A stretch of 64,000 nucleotides of DNA from Gammaproteobacteria bacterium (GCA_965116795.1 OZ220716.1:2186503-2250502), one strand, 5' to 3'. Shown: positions 45,039-55,911, numbered from the stretch's first letter. Translations and numbers: made by a program. Notes: generated from the sequence alone by a model not told the origin.

Positions 45039-47209
45039 GCCGCCCCCTCATCAATATAATCCCAGTTGAACTTATCCTTAACCGGCAGTGCATCTGCTGT
45101 TTGTTTGCATTTGTAATGCGTTGGGAAAACCGGCTGCAGTGTCACCAATGTTTCCCCTGTGTCAGGGTGAACATGCGTCTTACCATCACTAAATTGCATC
45201 CCTTCAACACACAGAAAACCAAACTTGGTACGTAGTGGATTTTTTATCTTATATAGCGTGGTATCTTTGGAGAACTTAACCACACCCCTAGTGGCTAAGG
45301 CATTCAACCGTTTACGGATAGTCTCGGTGCCACCCAACCCTGATGTATTTTCAAATGCCTCACTGAACTGATTGATGGTGTATAGCCGCCCTAAACGTGC
45401 TTCTTCATAAATGAGTTGTAGGATGACGTTTTGCTTGCGCTTGCATTCAGCCTCTAATTTGCGTGCATATTTATCTTTAACAATCCGTTTGCTGTTAGCA
45501 TCTAGTTCCCGCCACTGCCCGTTGACTTTGTCGATGCATTTCGGTTCTAATTCACGGCCGTTACGTAACTCAAACACCAATTTTCTTGGCGACAACTGCT
45601 CATCTTCTTTAAACAACAACGTCCCCGTGGTGTAATACCCCCGCAAGCTACTGGCACCGGCTAACGCTTGAAACGGGTCAGCTTCTAACTGTTTTTTCTG
45701 CATCTTGCGGGTATGGTGAACCAGGATAATGCCCGCATCCGGATTGAGGGTGCTACGTAGTGCCTCTAACCGTTTGGTCAAGAAAAACAACATGCCATCA
45801 TTGCTATTCTCACCCTGTTCATCATCGCCTCTGTCATACACATTGCGCAGCGGGTCAACCACAATCATATCAACAGGCTCGTCAGGAAAGTGTGCCAGTA
45901 TGCTGCGCTTGACAGTACCAACCCCCTCTTTGTTGAGCAATAAGTTTGATTGCGGTGTAATGACTAAGTTCTCAGGTGCAAACGCTGGCAGGTTGTCATC
46001 AAAACGTGATGTTCGACATCGCTCGCGCAAGTAGTGATAACCAATCTCTGTCTGCAGGTAAAAGATACGCAGTGGTCGTGGTGGCGTTAACCCAAGAAAC
46101 GGTATGCCTGCTGCCATGTGCGATAGCAACGATAACAAGAAATCACTTTTGCCCACCTTCGGTGCGCCGCCTAATACCATCAAGCCACTTGGGGTTAATA
46201 CCCGTGGTGCAATGAGGTCAGTTGGCATCGGTGAGGTATCATCGAGTAATTGCCGCAGGGTGTAGGCTGGCAGTAAGGGAACAATAGGCCGATGTGATTG
46301 GGTGTTGCTCGCGATAAATGCTTTTGCATCCACGCCTTGGGCAAATGCATCAGCTGCATCCCATTTTTCTGGCTTATCCGCTGGAATCGATAAGACACAC
46401 AGTGAGAGCAACAAGCCTGAATTGGCTAAATGCTGACTCACCGCGTGCGCGTAATGTTTGCCTGCGGCATCGTTATCTGGCCAGATAATCACATGCTTAC
46501 CTGTTAGCGGTGACCAATCGGTTTTAGTGACAGACGCTTTGGCACCAAACATCGCAGTCGTTGCCGCAATACCCTGTTCAATCAAACTGCTTGCTGCCTT
46601 CTCGCCTTCGACTAACACAACCTGTGTAGCTTTCTTGATACCAGGCTGGTTATACAATGGGCGTGGATTGGAAGCAGTGTTTTTGCGGTTGATGACATCC
46701 CACGGGCGGTATTGCTTACCTTCGGGGGTATCATAACGATACACACAAGCGATTAATTGCCCTTCAGCGTTGCAGTAATCCCATTTGGCAGTCGGGGCAC
46801 CTAATGTATCATAGTGATGTGAGTGCGATACGCTATCATTTGTTGGCGCATTGGGTTGTAACCCTAACCAACTACTGGCAGAGCGTAACACATGGGCAAA
46901 TTGGGTTTTTGTATCGAAATGATAACGTGCCGCCCACAAATCGAGAATGTCTCCACCTTCACCGGTGGCAAAATCATGCCAAAGTCCGGCTTTACCACCG
47001 GTGACTTCAACTTTTAAACTGTCACCAGGGTTGCCGTTGATATCCCCGACTTCATACGTGTTGTGACGCAAGCACCCATGCGGTAGCAGGTGCAGCAATA
47101 CGGGTTCCAATTGTGATAACAATTCATTGCGCACTGTGTCAGCAGATATCGCATGATTGCTTTGGTGTTGCGCGGTTGTGTTATTAGTTTCTAAATCTGT
47201 CGTTGACAT
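45035..47209 (-). CDS. Primase (Toprim)-AAA_25/RepA helicase fusion
   Basis: GLWHDFATGEGGD, VEGEKAA, WPDND, GAPKVGKS, VVDP, LVHHTRK. Confidence 0.88.
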   Translation of the reverse strand: MSTTDLETNNTTAQHQSNHAISADTVRNELLSQLEPVLLHLLPHGCLRHNTYEVGDINGNPGDSLKVEVTGGKAGLWHDFATGEGGDILDLWAARYHFDTKTQFAHVLRSASSWLGLQPNAPTNDSVSHSHHYDTLGAPTAKWDYCNAEGQLIACVYRYDTPEGKQYRPWDVINRKNTASNPRPLYNQPGIKKATQVVLVEGEKAASSLIEQGIAATTAMFGAKASVTKTDWSPLTGKHVIIWPDNDAAGKHYAHAVSQHLANSGLLLSLCVLSIPADKPEKWDAADAFAQGVDAKAFIASNTQSHRPIVPLLPAYTLRQLLDDTSPMPTDLIAPRVLTPSGLMVLGGAPKVGKSDFLLSLLSHMAAGIPFLGLTPPRPLRIFYLQTEIGYHYLRERCRTSRFDDNLPAFAPENLVITPQSNLLLNKEGVGTVKRSILAHFPDEPVDMIVVDPLRNVYDRGDDEQGENSNDGMLFFLTKRLEALRSTLNPDAGIILVHHTRKMQKKQLEADPFQALAGASSLRGYYTTGTLLFKEDEQLSPRKLVFELRNGRELEPKCIDKVNGQWRELDANSKRIVKDKYARKLEAECKRKQNVILQLIYEEARLGRLYTINQFSEAFENTSGLGGTETIRKRLNALATRGVVKFSKDTTLYKIKNPLRTKFGFLCVEGMQFSDGKTHVHPDTGETLVTLQPVFPTHYKCKQTADALPVKDKFNWDYIDEGAA

Positions 47210-47221
47210 GGTGAATTCCTC

Positions 47222-47809
47222 CTATTTCCAAGTGGGTGTATTGACGTTAGTGTTTGACGTTGGTTGCGTGTGTTGATGAACACCCGAACCTGCCGATGAT
47301 GTTGCTGCTCCCTTGTAAATGGCATATTCCTTATGCTCAGGTGTAATCGCGACTTTAATGATATTTCTAAGACAACCTTGGTTATCTTTTTCAACATCAA
47401 TGCGTGCGACAAACTCAATGCCATTTAACTCGCCAAAGTCAGCAATCTGACGCGCTTGTTGTGCCGCCGTTGAATCATCATTGCCAGCAATGCCACGTGC
47501 CGAACTTAAAATGGCTTTGATAAAGCTACGGCCACTGTTGCCCCAATAGTCGCTTTTGGGACTGTACAATCCAATTAGGCTCCACACTTTGCGTTTGGCA
47601 TGTTGGCCAGCCAGAACCGCAAACTCGCATTTTAGGTAAATGGAGCCTGTGTTCTTACTACACGTTGCCCAACCACCGCTGAGTCCTTGCGAGACATCAT
47701 CGTAACCACCAGGCTTAATGGTCATGCACACTTTGGTAATCGTGCCTTTTGGAATGAGTTCCAAAGTGGTTTGCTCGTCTGCATTATTAAAGTCGTTCCA
47801 TTTACTCAT
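47222..47809 (-). CDS. Phage ssDNA-binding-like protein (DUF669-like)
   Basis: WNDFNNA..LIPKGT, YLKCEF...KRKVW, low-complexity tail ending PTW; follows the AAA gene. Confidence 0.65.
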   Translation of the reverse strand: MSKWNDFNNADEQTTLELIPKGTITKVCMTIKPGGYDDVSQGLSGGWATCSKNTGSIYLKCEFAVLAGQHAKRKVWSLIGLYSPKSDYWGNSGRSFIKAILSSARGIAGNDDSTAAQQARQIADFGELNGIEFVARIDVEKDNQGCLRNIIKVAITPEHKEYAIYKGAATSSAGSGVHQHTQPTSNTNVNTPTWK

Positions 47810-48687
47810 GCTATTTCTCCTTCAGGTTGTTTAGACTGCTGTGAATTATCAGGAAGTGCATGCGTTAACCGTTCACCGATGGGCTTGGCGTTGCCTGCAA
47901 TTTTCTGCATCAACTTGCCAAGGTGTGGCTCTTCAATGACGTTTAACCTGCCAGAGCGGTCTTTGGCGGGATACCCTTGCTCGTTTAATGTTTGACAGAC
48001 AAACGCACGGTACGATTGATTATCACTGTTAGTCATCTCCGTCATAGTGATGACTTCATCAACAATGCCAGGCAACTCTAACCCTGTTTTGCTACCTTCA
48101 ATTTGCGGTTGATAGAACAATCGATTGCGGTCATCGGTTTTCTCATCCAAGATACCCACAAACCAAATGTTTTTATTGCGTGTGTGTTGAAGGTGCGTTA
48201 GCCAGGCAATCATTTCTTGGCCGTGCAATCCATACGCGCCGCGCATATCAGGTTTTCCGGTGCGTTCACTAAAGGCTTGCGGTTGACCTTTACACCAATT
48301 GAAACAAAGTCTGCCTGCAACGGTAATCGAATCAATGAAGATGGTGTCGTACTTATCAAGTATCTTCGGATCACCTAACTGCTGACACACGGCTTGATAG
48401 TGTGCTTGGCTGTAACACTGGTCATCACGCAACGCTGGATTGCTACCGCCAATAAAACACGCGACATCACGGCATGCTTGCCAGGTGCGCGGGCGAATGG
48501 TGTCGCCTTGCCAGCCTTCAATGGCCAAATCCCCTGCTTCCAAATCAAAGAACAACGTCTTCTCGGGTGGAAGTGTCCACAGCAGCGAAGTTTTACCAAT
48601 GCCACTTTTACCAAAAATACATCCTTTGATCCCTCTGTCTTCTGATAACCGCTGTTCAGCGGCGATAATTGCCATTTCATTCATCAT
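47806..48687 (-). CDS. Phage AAA_24 / Sak4-like ATP-binding protein
   Basis: GKSGIGKT, DLEAG, FIDSIT, AKDRSG. Confidence 0.85.
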   Translation of the reverse strand: MMNEMAIIAAEQRLSEDRGIKGCIFGKSGIGKTSLLWTLPPEKTLFFDLEAGDLAIEGWQGDTIRPRTWQACRDVACFIGGSNPALRDDQCYSQAHYQAVCQQLGDPKILDKYDTIFIDSITVAGRLCFNWCKGQPQAFSERTGKPDMRGAYGLHGQEMIAWLTHLQHTRNKNIWFVGILDEKTDDRNRLFYQPQIEGSKTGLELPGIVDEVITMTEMTNSDNQSYRAFVCQTLNEQGYPAKDRSGRLNVIEEPHLGKLMQKIAGNAKPIGERLTHALPDNSQQSKQPEGEIA

Positions 48688-48992
48688 GACTGTGTCCCCC
48701 TGTCATTACCGGTTGTTAACATCTGAGCTTTTATCGCTAACACACTGTCCAAGCACATCAGCAACGTGAGTGCATAATGCTTACAACGCTCAAGCTCTCG
48801 CTTAGGTTTATGAATTAGCTCATCTAATGAGTCGTAAAATAAATGGTCTAGATAGTTCATGTAATGTCTCCTCTACAATAGTATTGATAACTGCAAACCA
48901 CTCGTTGCCAGACAATTGACTGTGCCCAGAAACACGAGGCTCGCAAAAAGTTATATATCGGAACGCGACGAAAAAGTTGAAAATTTTTTTAA

Positions 48993-49502
48993 TTAATTTG
49001 GCTTGAGTCCCCATTTCGTTAAAAATGTACGTAACTTGGTTAACCGGTAGTACAGTTTGAGATAAGAAACGTTGCGCTGGCGTGCAATGCCTTTGAGTGA
49101 GGCGGTATGTAAATCAATTAACAATGTTGCCAAGACAGTGGGTAATTTATTGGCAACCCGCGTTAGCTCAATTTGCAATTCGCAAGCGACCATTGGGTCG
49201 GTAGGAAATTCAGGCACTGTTCCATACGGCACATGCTTAATGGTATAGCCACGTTGCTTGGCAACGGCTTGTTCAATCAATTGGCCTTTAGCGCGTCGTA
49301 ATATCAAATCAACAAAGGTTTTCCATCCGGCAAGACTGGGGTTGTATTTATCTTGCTGCAATAAAAAACCCAACATCAATTCTTGCTCTAAATCGGTGAT
49401 CGCCATCTCTCGCAGAGCGGGATGGTGGCGTAATTGACGGGCGTGGTAACGCACTTGGCTAACAAGGTACGGATCAATTCCAGGGTAACGATTGTGACTC
49501 AT
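48993..49502 (-). CDS. Sigma-70/ECF-like phage protein
   Basis: DLEQEL...KYNPSLAGWKTF region-2-like segment and C-terminal HTH (SLKGIARQRNVS). Confidence 0.65.
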   Translation of the reverse strand: MSHNRYPGIDPYLVSQVRYHARQLRHHPALREMAITDLEQELMLGFLLQQDKYNPSLAGWKTFVDLILRRAKGQLIEQAVAKQRGYTIKHVPYGTVPEFPTDPMVACELQIELTRVANKLPTVLATLLIDLHTASLKGIARQRNVSYLKLYYRLTKLRTFLTKWGLKPN

Positions 49503-49761
49503 GACATGTATCTCCAGTTAAGTTGCCACCACAGGGGTGGTTCAACTGGGATTGGTGACATGTCGCACCTTGGGTGAAAAAAGCGCATTGTTTTTTAATG
49601 GGGATTTTTTATTGTTTGATTTTGTTCGGCTTTATTTCGCAATTTTGGTAAAGAAATTTTTTGACCTAGGTGCGACAAGTCGCGCCAGTTTTTTAACCAG
49701 TTCAAATAAGAGTCGTTTTGCGGTGAAAAGTGGGTAATTGGATGGTTTGATGATGAAACAA

Positions 49762-50169
49762 TTACGAATCAAAACCAAAGTGCGTGAGTTGCTCATCCCA
49801 TAACAATGGAAATGGCGAAAGCATATCTTGCAAATCAAGCAGGCGTGGTTGGGTGCCATTGAGTATCGCTTGCTTGATGTGTGGTGATAATAAATTTAAT
49901 CGCAGCACGCGCGACACATACGACGCACCCATCTGCTTGTGTTCGGATAATTTACTAATCGATGAGAATTGCCCCGTATCTAATGCACGCTGCCAAACAT
50001 AAGCACGGGTTAATCCCTTAATCAAGGTTTCGTTGGGTTTTGCTTTTGCCGTTGCCGGTACCCTTTCACCCTTGGGCAACACCAACCACATTTGCCCACG
50101 GTGACGTTTTAGCGTAATCGGCACTTTAATCGAAATAATCTCATCGTAATGGGTTACTGTGGTTGACAT
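49762..50169 (-). CDS. Conserved small protein downstream of the serine recombinase
   Basis: Paralog of 872..1279. Confidence 0.8.
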   Translation of the reverse strand: MSTTVTHYDEIISIKVPITLKRHRGQMWLVLPKGERVPATAKAKPNETLIKGLTRAYVWQRALDTGQFSSISKLSEHKQMGASYVSRVLRLNLLSPHIKQAILNGTQPRLLDLQDMLSPFPLLWDEQLTHFGFDS

Positions 50170-51542
50170 ATGTCATCCCCTGGCGTCTTAAATGTCTTGA
50201 CTAAACTGGTTAAGCCCTGGGTTCTGACTTGAATGTCGAGATGGTCTTCATACAAAATCACTTTGTCTATCATGAGAGACAATAACCGTTGTTGCTCTGA
50301 GGGAAACAACTCATCCCAAATTGGTGCGATGTTCTGAAGCGACTCGCGCACATCCATGTCAGTGATGGACTTGTCATGTTTCAATGCGGCTTTATAGGTA
50401 TCGATGATGATGTCAGGTGCAGTCACTAACCGTTGCACTTGCTGCAATACCCGCTCTTCCATTTCATTTGCCGCGATTTGTTTAATGGGGCAATCAGGAC
50501 AGGTGCCTTTCTTGTAACCCGTCGCTGTGTAGTAACGATAAAGTTTTCGGCTTTGTTGTTTGGCAGTATAGGTGGGTGTCATCGAACGATAACACCCGCC
50601 GCATTGCAGAATCCCCGTTAATACGGCACGTGAGCGGCGTTTGCTGTCTGTATCGCGACGCCTTAATCCTTCACGCAATATCGTTTGCGTAGACTCCCAA
50701 GTTTCTTGTGAAATCAGTGGTTCATGCCTGCCATCATAAAGATTATCGTGGTGCTTAATCTTGCCGATGTAAATGGGGTTGTTGAGTATTTTGTAAATAC
50801 CACCGACATCCAGCGGTTTGCCACCAAACTCTCGACCATTTTTCGCTACTCGCTTTTTACTTAAAATCCCCATCGCTGGCAACTGTTTTACCATCAGCGT
50901 TGGCGACTTGCTTTCAATGAATAGTTGAAAGATGGCACGCACGGCTTTTACCTCTTCTTCTAACATCTCCAAATGCCGGTCTTTCACCACATACCCCATT
51001 GGCGTCACCCCACCCATCCACATGCCTTTGCGTTTAGAGGCCGCCAACTTGTCACGAATACGCTCGCCGATGACCTCTCGTTCAAATTGGGCAAAGGATA
51101 ATAAGATGTTTAAGATTAACCGCCCCATCGAGGTTGCGGTATTAAAATGCTGGGTGATGGACACAAAGGACACGCCGTGCTCATCAAACACATCGGCTAA
51201 CTTGGCAAAGTCCATCAGCGAGCGCGATATCCGGTCAATCTTATAGACGGCCACAATATCGATTTTATTCTGACGAATGTCATCCATTAATCGCGCTAAT
51301 GCAGGCCGCTCTAAATTACCACCGCTAAAACCACCGTCGTCGTACTGTTCCGGTAATAATTGCCAGCCTTCCTGTTTTTGCGACAAAATATACGCTTCAC
51401 ACGATTCACGTTGTGCATCCAAGCTATTAAATTCCATGTCCAAACCTTCTTCGGTGGATTTGCGGGTGTAAATGGCACAGCGTTTTTTGACGACAACTGG
51501 TTTGTTAGTCGCTGATGCTGTTTGTTTTGATGTTTTGCTCAT
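50154..51542 (-). CDS. Large serine recombinase
   Basis: CAIYTRKS, DRISRS, CGGC; paralog of 1264..2649. Confidence 0.95.
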   Translation of the reverse strand: MSKTSKQTASATNKPVVVKKRCAIYTRKSTEEGLDMEFNSLDAQRESCEAYILSQKQEGWQLLPEQYDDGGFSGGNLERPALARLMDDIRQNKIDIVAVYKIDRISRSLMDFAKLADVFDEHGVSFVSITQHFNTATSMGRLILNILLSFAQFEREVIGERIRDKLAASKRKGMWMGGVTPMGYVVKDRHLEMLEEEVKAVRAIFQLFIESKSPTLMVKQLPAMGILSKKRVAKNGREFGGKPLDVGGIYKILNNPIYIGKIKHHDNLYDGRHEPLISQETWESTQTILREGLRRRDTDSKRRSRAVLTGILQCGGCYRSMTPTYTAKQQSRKLYRYYTATGYKKGTCPDCPIKQIAANEMEERVLQQVQRLVTAPDIIIDTYKAALKHDKSITDMDVRESLQNIAPIWDELFPSEQQRLLSLMIDKVILYEDHLDIQVRTQGLTSLVKTFKTPGDDICQPQ

Positions 51543-52006
51543 TCTCTTACTCCCTTAGCCCGATGCAATCCAAAAAATGCAACGCCTGACCAATGGTTGC
51601 CAGTAATGTGCATCGCAATCTTAGACAAACTTTTGTAAACGCAGCCGTCATACTCGTAACCTTTTTCTAACACGGTGATGCAATACTCTTTGCCTTTGTA
51701 TTGACGCACCAACCGTGAACCCACCAGGGGACGCACATAACGGGGGCGTTTGGGTGGTTTGCCGTTGGTAGTGAAATACCGCTTAGCACATTCAGCTAAG
51801 CGTTGATTAATGCTGCTATCCACGCCGTAGGCCAACTCTTGTAGGCGGTACGTGAGTTTGCTGATGAGCAATGACCTGGCACCTAACGGAGGTTTGCTGT
51901 TATACAGCGTTCGCCAGAGCAACTTCAGTTCTGTTAATGACATCGTCGATAATGCGGCAACTCGGTTGAGCAATTCTGTGTTCGGCTTGTTATTAGTGCT
52001 AGGCAT
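51539..52006 (-). CDS. DUF2924-like protein
   Basis: Paralog of 2646..3113. Confidence 0.85.
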   Translation of the reverse strand: MPSTNNKPNTELLNRVAALSTMSLTELKLLWRTLYNSKPPLGARSLLISKLTYRLQELAYGVDSSINQRLAECAKRYFTTNGKPPKRPRYVRPLVGSRLVRQYKGKEYCITVLEKGYEYDGCVYKSLSKIAMHITGNHWSGVAFFGLHRAKGVRE

Positions 52007-52022
52007 TGTTAATTCTCCTAAG

Positions 52023-52202
52023 TCATGGTGCTGTTTCAGTCGTATCTACCCATACGTTTGGATTAATAGCCAGTGGATTAGCCTCATCAGAACGCTTACT
52101 GCGCTGGCGTTGGCGCTCTCGATGCCGAATAAGGCCAAGGGCAAGTAAGTTGGCAATCTCACCGCGACGTGATTGCGGATGAGTGGGTATCGGCGTTGAC
52201 AT
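52023..52202 (-). CDS. Small hypothetical protein (MSTPIPTHPQSRRGEIANLLALGLIR..., 59 aa)
   Basis: Manual translation; paralog of 3130..3324; GGAGG RBS. Confidence 0.65.
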   Translation of the reverse strand: MSTPIPTHPQSRRGEIANLLALGLIRHRERQRQRSKRSDEANPLAINPNVWVDTTETAP

Positions 52203-52454
52203 AATTTCCTCCCGTCTGATTCAAGCATCTGACAACAGCATGATGACAAAAGGTTATTTATCGGAAATGCAGCAAAAAGTTGAAAATAATTGTCGTTGAC
52301 AAATTATTTATCAGTTGAGTCAACCCTGATGGCTACCTTACTATCGCCATCTTTAGCCCCAATAACTGTCCTGCTAACTCATTTATAAAGCCGAATCGTC
52401 ACAAGGAGTACATCGTTAATCAGTTTCACAAGTTAATTTTGGAGGAATACAAGG

Positions 52455-53856
52455 ATGACCAAACAACACTTAAGGATATTACAGGATGACCAACATGAAC
52501 AAACGTTACGGTATTTTTCACTTAAACCGCTTCGCTATATTCAGCAGCTTGCGCACAATTTTGCAATAGCAGATGGAATTGCACACGTGACATTGGTCGA
52601 AGTTCACTATAAAAGAGGCGATGAGATAGAAATGTACGCGTCAGATAATGTTTTAGCAACATTGATTAGCAAAAACCGTCAACACCGCATGCAGTACGCT
52701 GATATCGTGTATGCGAAATTTGAAGTCTATTTGATAGACAGTGAAATACCAATAGTTGTAGAAGTTCATGACGGTGAATTAGTCAAAGAAGAGCGATATC
52801 ATCCAGCCATTTATCAGTGGTTATGTCACCAACAATTGGCTGTCGTACAGCACTCTAACTCATCTGAGGTAAACCAAACAAAAAAAAATCAGCACCCTTT
52901 CACCCTGGCATGCGTTAAATTGTTTACCACATTATCAGCATCGTTACGATTATCTGCAGCAACACTTTCAAGAAAACAAGAATATTATTCGCCGGTGGTT
53001 CGAACCAATACAATCACAAAACCATTACCGCGCTGACAATGATAAGCCATTATATCACCTGAACTTATCGATGCTGGCTGATGACATTGCCGATGCATTG
53101 ACAACAACCGGTGTGTTTTATAAATCAGCGACCACGTTAAAAGACAAATCCTGTTGTGTACAAGCCGGTTTTTACGTACCCAGAGGTACGGTTAAATGCC
53201 CAGTGTATGTGGGAGTTGCGATTAATGACGGCGAGCTTGATGCTATTATCAATTACCTGCTAACCCATCAAACACCAGCCATCCTATTATTGCCGTCACT
53301 AGACGGTGTATCTCAAAATGTACGGCAGGCAATTCACCGTAAGGGCAAGGCCATCATTGCATTAGAAAATTTGCAACAAGACGATAGACTTATTCATCCT
53401 CAAAAAGCAATCAACGCATTACAATCTATACCAGTAGAACAAAACAATCTTAAGACATTAGCACACTGTAATCTATTCCCCACCCCGTCGGGTGCCAGTT
53501 GGCGTAACATGACAATCGAAGTGGTTAACAATACAAAAATACAGGTTACCTGTTGCTACAAGGGCAAACGTGTCACCAGAGCATATGATTATTCAGAGAT
53601 AGGTATGATTGACAAACGCACTAAATTATCTGACCAGCAGTGGGATTTCTTATGTGGTTTTGCTGACGAACAAGGTTATTTCACCTGGGACAATCGACGT
53701 GCCGATCGCAAGCATAAAAAAACCAAGCAACGATTAACACAGATCCTCAAGCAACTCTTCGGTATTTATGACAGTGATCCATTTATTAATGAAAGAGATG
53801 AAAAAGGTCGCATATGCTATCGTACTGTCTTTACAATACGGTTTAAAGATGAGTAG
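52455..53856 (+). CDS. Phage hypothetical protein whose conserved frame switches +1 at A9 (52880-52888)
   Basis: ORF 52455..53036 plus a +1 frame open from 52873 into 53071..53856; same switch in copy 1. Confidence 0.7.
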
Positions 53857-54034
53857 CAATGCTAGCACTGTTCATTATTGTCAGACACTCCGTGTAAAGT
53901 TCATTGCTTGATGTAATAATAATTACTGTGTACACTGCCTTGCAATAATAGATGACAATATCATTGCTTCTTTAGCAGAAGCTTTATGCCCTACTTTGAT
54001 GACCACGGATGAATAATAGGCATGAAGGAGTAGA

Positions 54035-54232
54035 ATGCAATACGAAGCTAGCTTGGTTCACCATGGTGAGCCGTTATTAACACGTCAAAGCGCCGACCAG
54101 CAACAATTAGTAGCGTGGGTTTTGTCTCACTTAGAATGCCATGATTACAGTGATGCTGTGGGTGTCATTCGCAATCAACTCGATACCCATGCCCCCATAC
54201 GGGTCTATACGTGCAATCCGCACTTTGGATAA
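54035..54232 (+). CDS. Small hypothetical protein
   Basis: AAGGAG RBS, 65 aa. Confidence 0.55.
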   Translation: MQYEASLVHHGEPLLTRQSADQQQLVAWVLSHLECHDYSDAVGVIRNQLDTHAPIRVYTCNPHFG

Positions 54233-54237
54233 CCACC

Positions 54238-54510
54238 ATGTTAAAAACCCATACCGCTAAATTACCCATTGCGTTAACCAATGATGAAATTCATTTTATC
54301 ATTGAGCTGTGTACTCATGAGTTAGATATTGATACGAAACTCAAGTTAGAGTTTGCACGCACTTGGAAAGATAACAGCGTTACTATTTCAATGACACCCG
54401 CAGAATTGCACGCTTTGGTTGAACTACTATTGCGAAAAGCAGAACATGCCAACGAGGATGTAAGAGACTGGGCAGAGGATATTGCTACCTGGCTCACAGA
54501 GCAGACTTAG
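54238..54510 (+). CDS. Small acidic hypothetical protein
   Basis: ATG 5 nt after the previous stop; 90 aa. Confidence 0.55.
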   Translation: MLKTHTAKLPIALTNDEIHFIIELCTHELDIDTKLKLEFARTWKDNSVTISMTPAELHALVELLLRKAEHANEDVRDWAEDIATWLTEQT

Positions 54511-54599
54511 TAAACAACGTGAGCTGATGATGCATTGATTATACGTATCGCTTAGGGCGTGTTAATCGTGGTAATGTGTATTTGTATACTGGCGTAATA

Positions 54600-54869
54600 C
54601 TACCTGTTTGCCCCAAAATAATACCCAATGATTAACGCTACTAATGGCAAAATACCCATCTTGATAATTTCAAACAACACTTGGATTTTAAAAATAACGC
54701 CACCGACAAGACACAACAAAAATGCCACGAATGTGAAAAACAAAATTTGCTTAGCAAACTTAAGGATATCCTGTTCAGTAACAGGGTATTCTTTTGGATC
54801 GGGTATGTAATCTTCGCTGTAGTGCAGATTATTATCCCGTTGGGAACTCAATTCGGTATTCTTTTCCAT
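54600..54869 (-). CDS. Small two-TM membrane protein
   Basis: Hydrophobic segments ILFFTFVAFLLCLVGGVIF and ILPLVALIIGYYFG. Confidence 0.6.
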   Translation of the reverse strand: MEKNTELSSQRDNNLHYSEDYIPDPKEYPVTEQDILKFAKQILFFTFVAFLLCLVGGVIFKIQVLFEIIKMGILPLVALIIGYYFGANR

Positions 54870-55050
54870 CTTTATCGTGCACTCGCAATTCCTTACCGGC
54901 TTTTTGATCATCCAGTAACTTTGAAAACAATGAAATTGCCCATCTAGCTGCTGTGGAATTATCCGGTAACAATAGACTTTCACGTACATTAGCCAATCGC
55001 TTTGCCGTTTCTTCATTCATCGTAAGATGCATGGATACTTTTTCACTCAT
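54832..55050 (-). CDS. Ribbon-helix-helix-like DNA-binding protein
   Basis: MSEKVSMHLTMNEETAKRL...AARWAI pattern; GAGG RBS. Confidence 0.6.
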   Translation of the reverse strand: MSEKVSMHLTMNEETAKRLANVRESLLLPDNSTAARWAISLFSKLLDDQKAGKELRVHDKDGKEYRIEFPTG

Positions 55051-55158
55051 AAGTCGTTTACCTCATTTACTTCTCACGTATACGCACCATCTACATGACA
55101 AGTATCTTATCTGTATAAGGTAAGTATATCAAATATACTCAGCTTATCAACTAGCTTA

Positions 55159-55402
55159 ATGGCCATGCAGCAATTCCCGCTGGAAATTAGAATAACTGTT
55201 TAATACTGTAAATAATCATGAAAAATAGTTTACGAAAAATATATTAACATCATGTATTTGTAGAAAATCAAAAAACTTGATCTTTCTTACAAGTACATAT
55301 GGTTACATAAACACCCTCTGAAATTTTCGTAAACTTTTTTTAGCATTATCTTACAATTTTAATAAATTATGTCATTTTCCAGCGGGAATAGCTGATGGCC
55401 AT
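55159..55402. repeat. MITE-like element: ~28-bp imperfect inverted repeats around an AT-rich core
   Basis: ATGGCCATGCAGCAATTCCCGCTGGAAA versus TTTCCAGCGGGAATAGCTGATGGCCAT. Confidence 0.6.
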
Positions 55403-55536
55403 GATTAAGAAAACTAAAAAAATCAGAGCCTTAGCAGATAAAAAGCATGGGGCGAGATTGAGCCACCTTTGGGACACCTAACAACCTTTATCAATGTGAT
55501 TCTGGCAGCTACCTCACCCCATGAAACCTTCTTACT

Positions 55537-55911
55537 TCACTTTCCTTCATACAGCCTCTCTTTCCAGCCAAGTGATAAACGCAACCCCAATGCGCTGGTG
55601 ATTTTGATCAGTATCAATAATCTCGGATTACGATGTTTAGCAAAAATGTCGTACAAATTGCGTCGGCTGATGCCTGTTAGCTTGGACAGCTGGGTGATAC
55701 CGTGGATGTCGGCAATTTCTTTTAACGCCAACAACAAGACCTGTGCCTCTTCTTTTTCTGACTTCAGTGTACAATCCGGTAGTGTCTCAAAGTTGTTGTT
55801 GGTTGCTAGCTTATCGAATTTCTTCCTACAAAAACAAGTTACAACTTAAGGTGATTGAGCGAGAACAACAACTTTGAGACACTACCTACAATCCATCTGG
55901 TTATGACACAT
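55537..55911 (-). pseudogene. Addiction-module antidote-like HTH gene interrupted by a MITE
   Basis: LLALKEIA..GITQLSKLTGISRRNLY...NPRL...ALGL; removing the MITE and one TSD restores the frame from ATG 55911. Confidence 0.75.
55778..55886. mobile_element. 109-bp MITE with IS1-like ends
   Basis: Perfect 23-bp TIR GGTAGTGTCTCAAAGTTGTTGTT; 8-bp TSD TACAATCC at 55770-55777 and 55887-55894. Confidence 0.92.
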
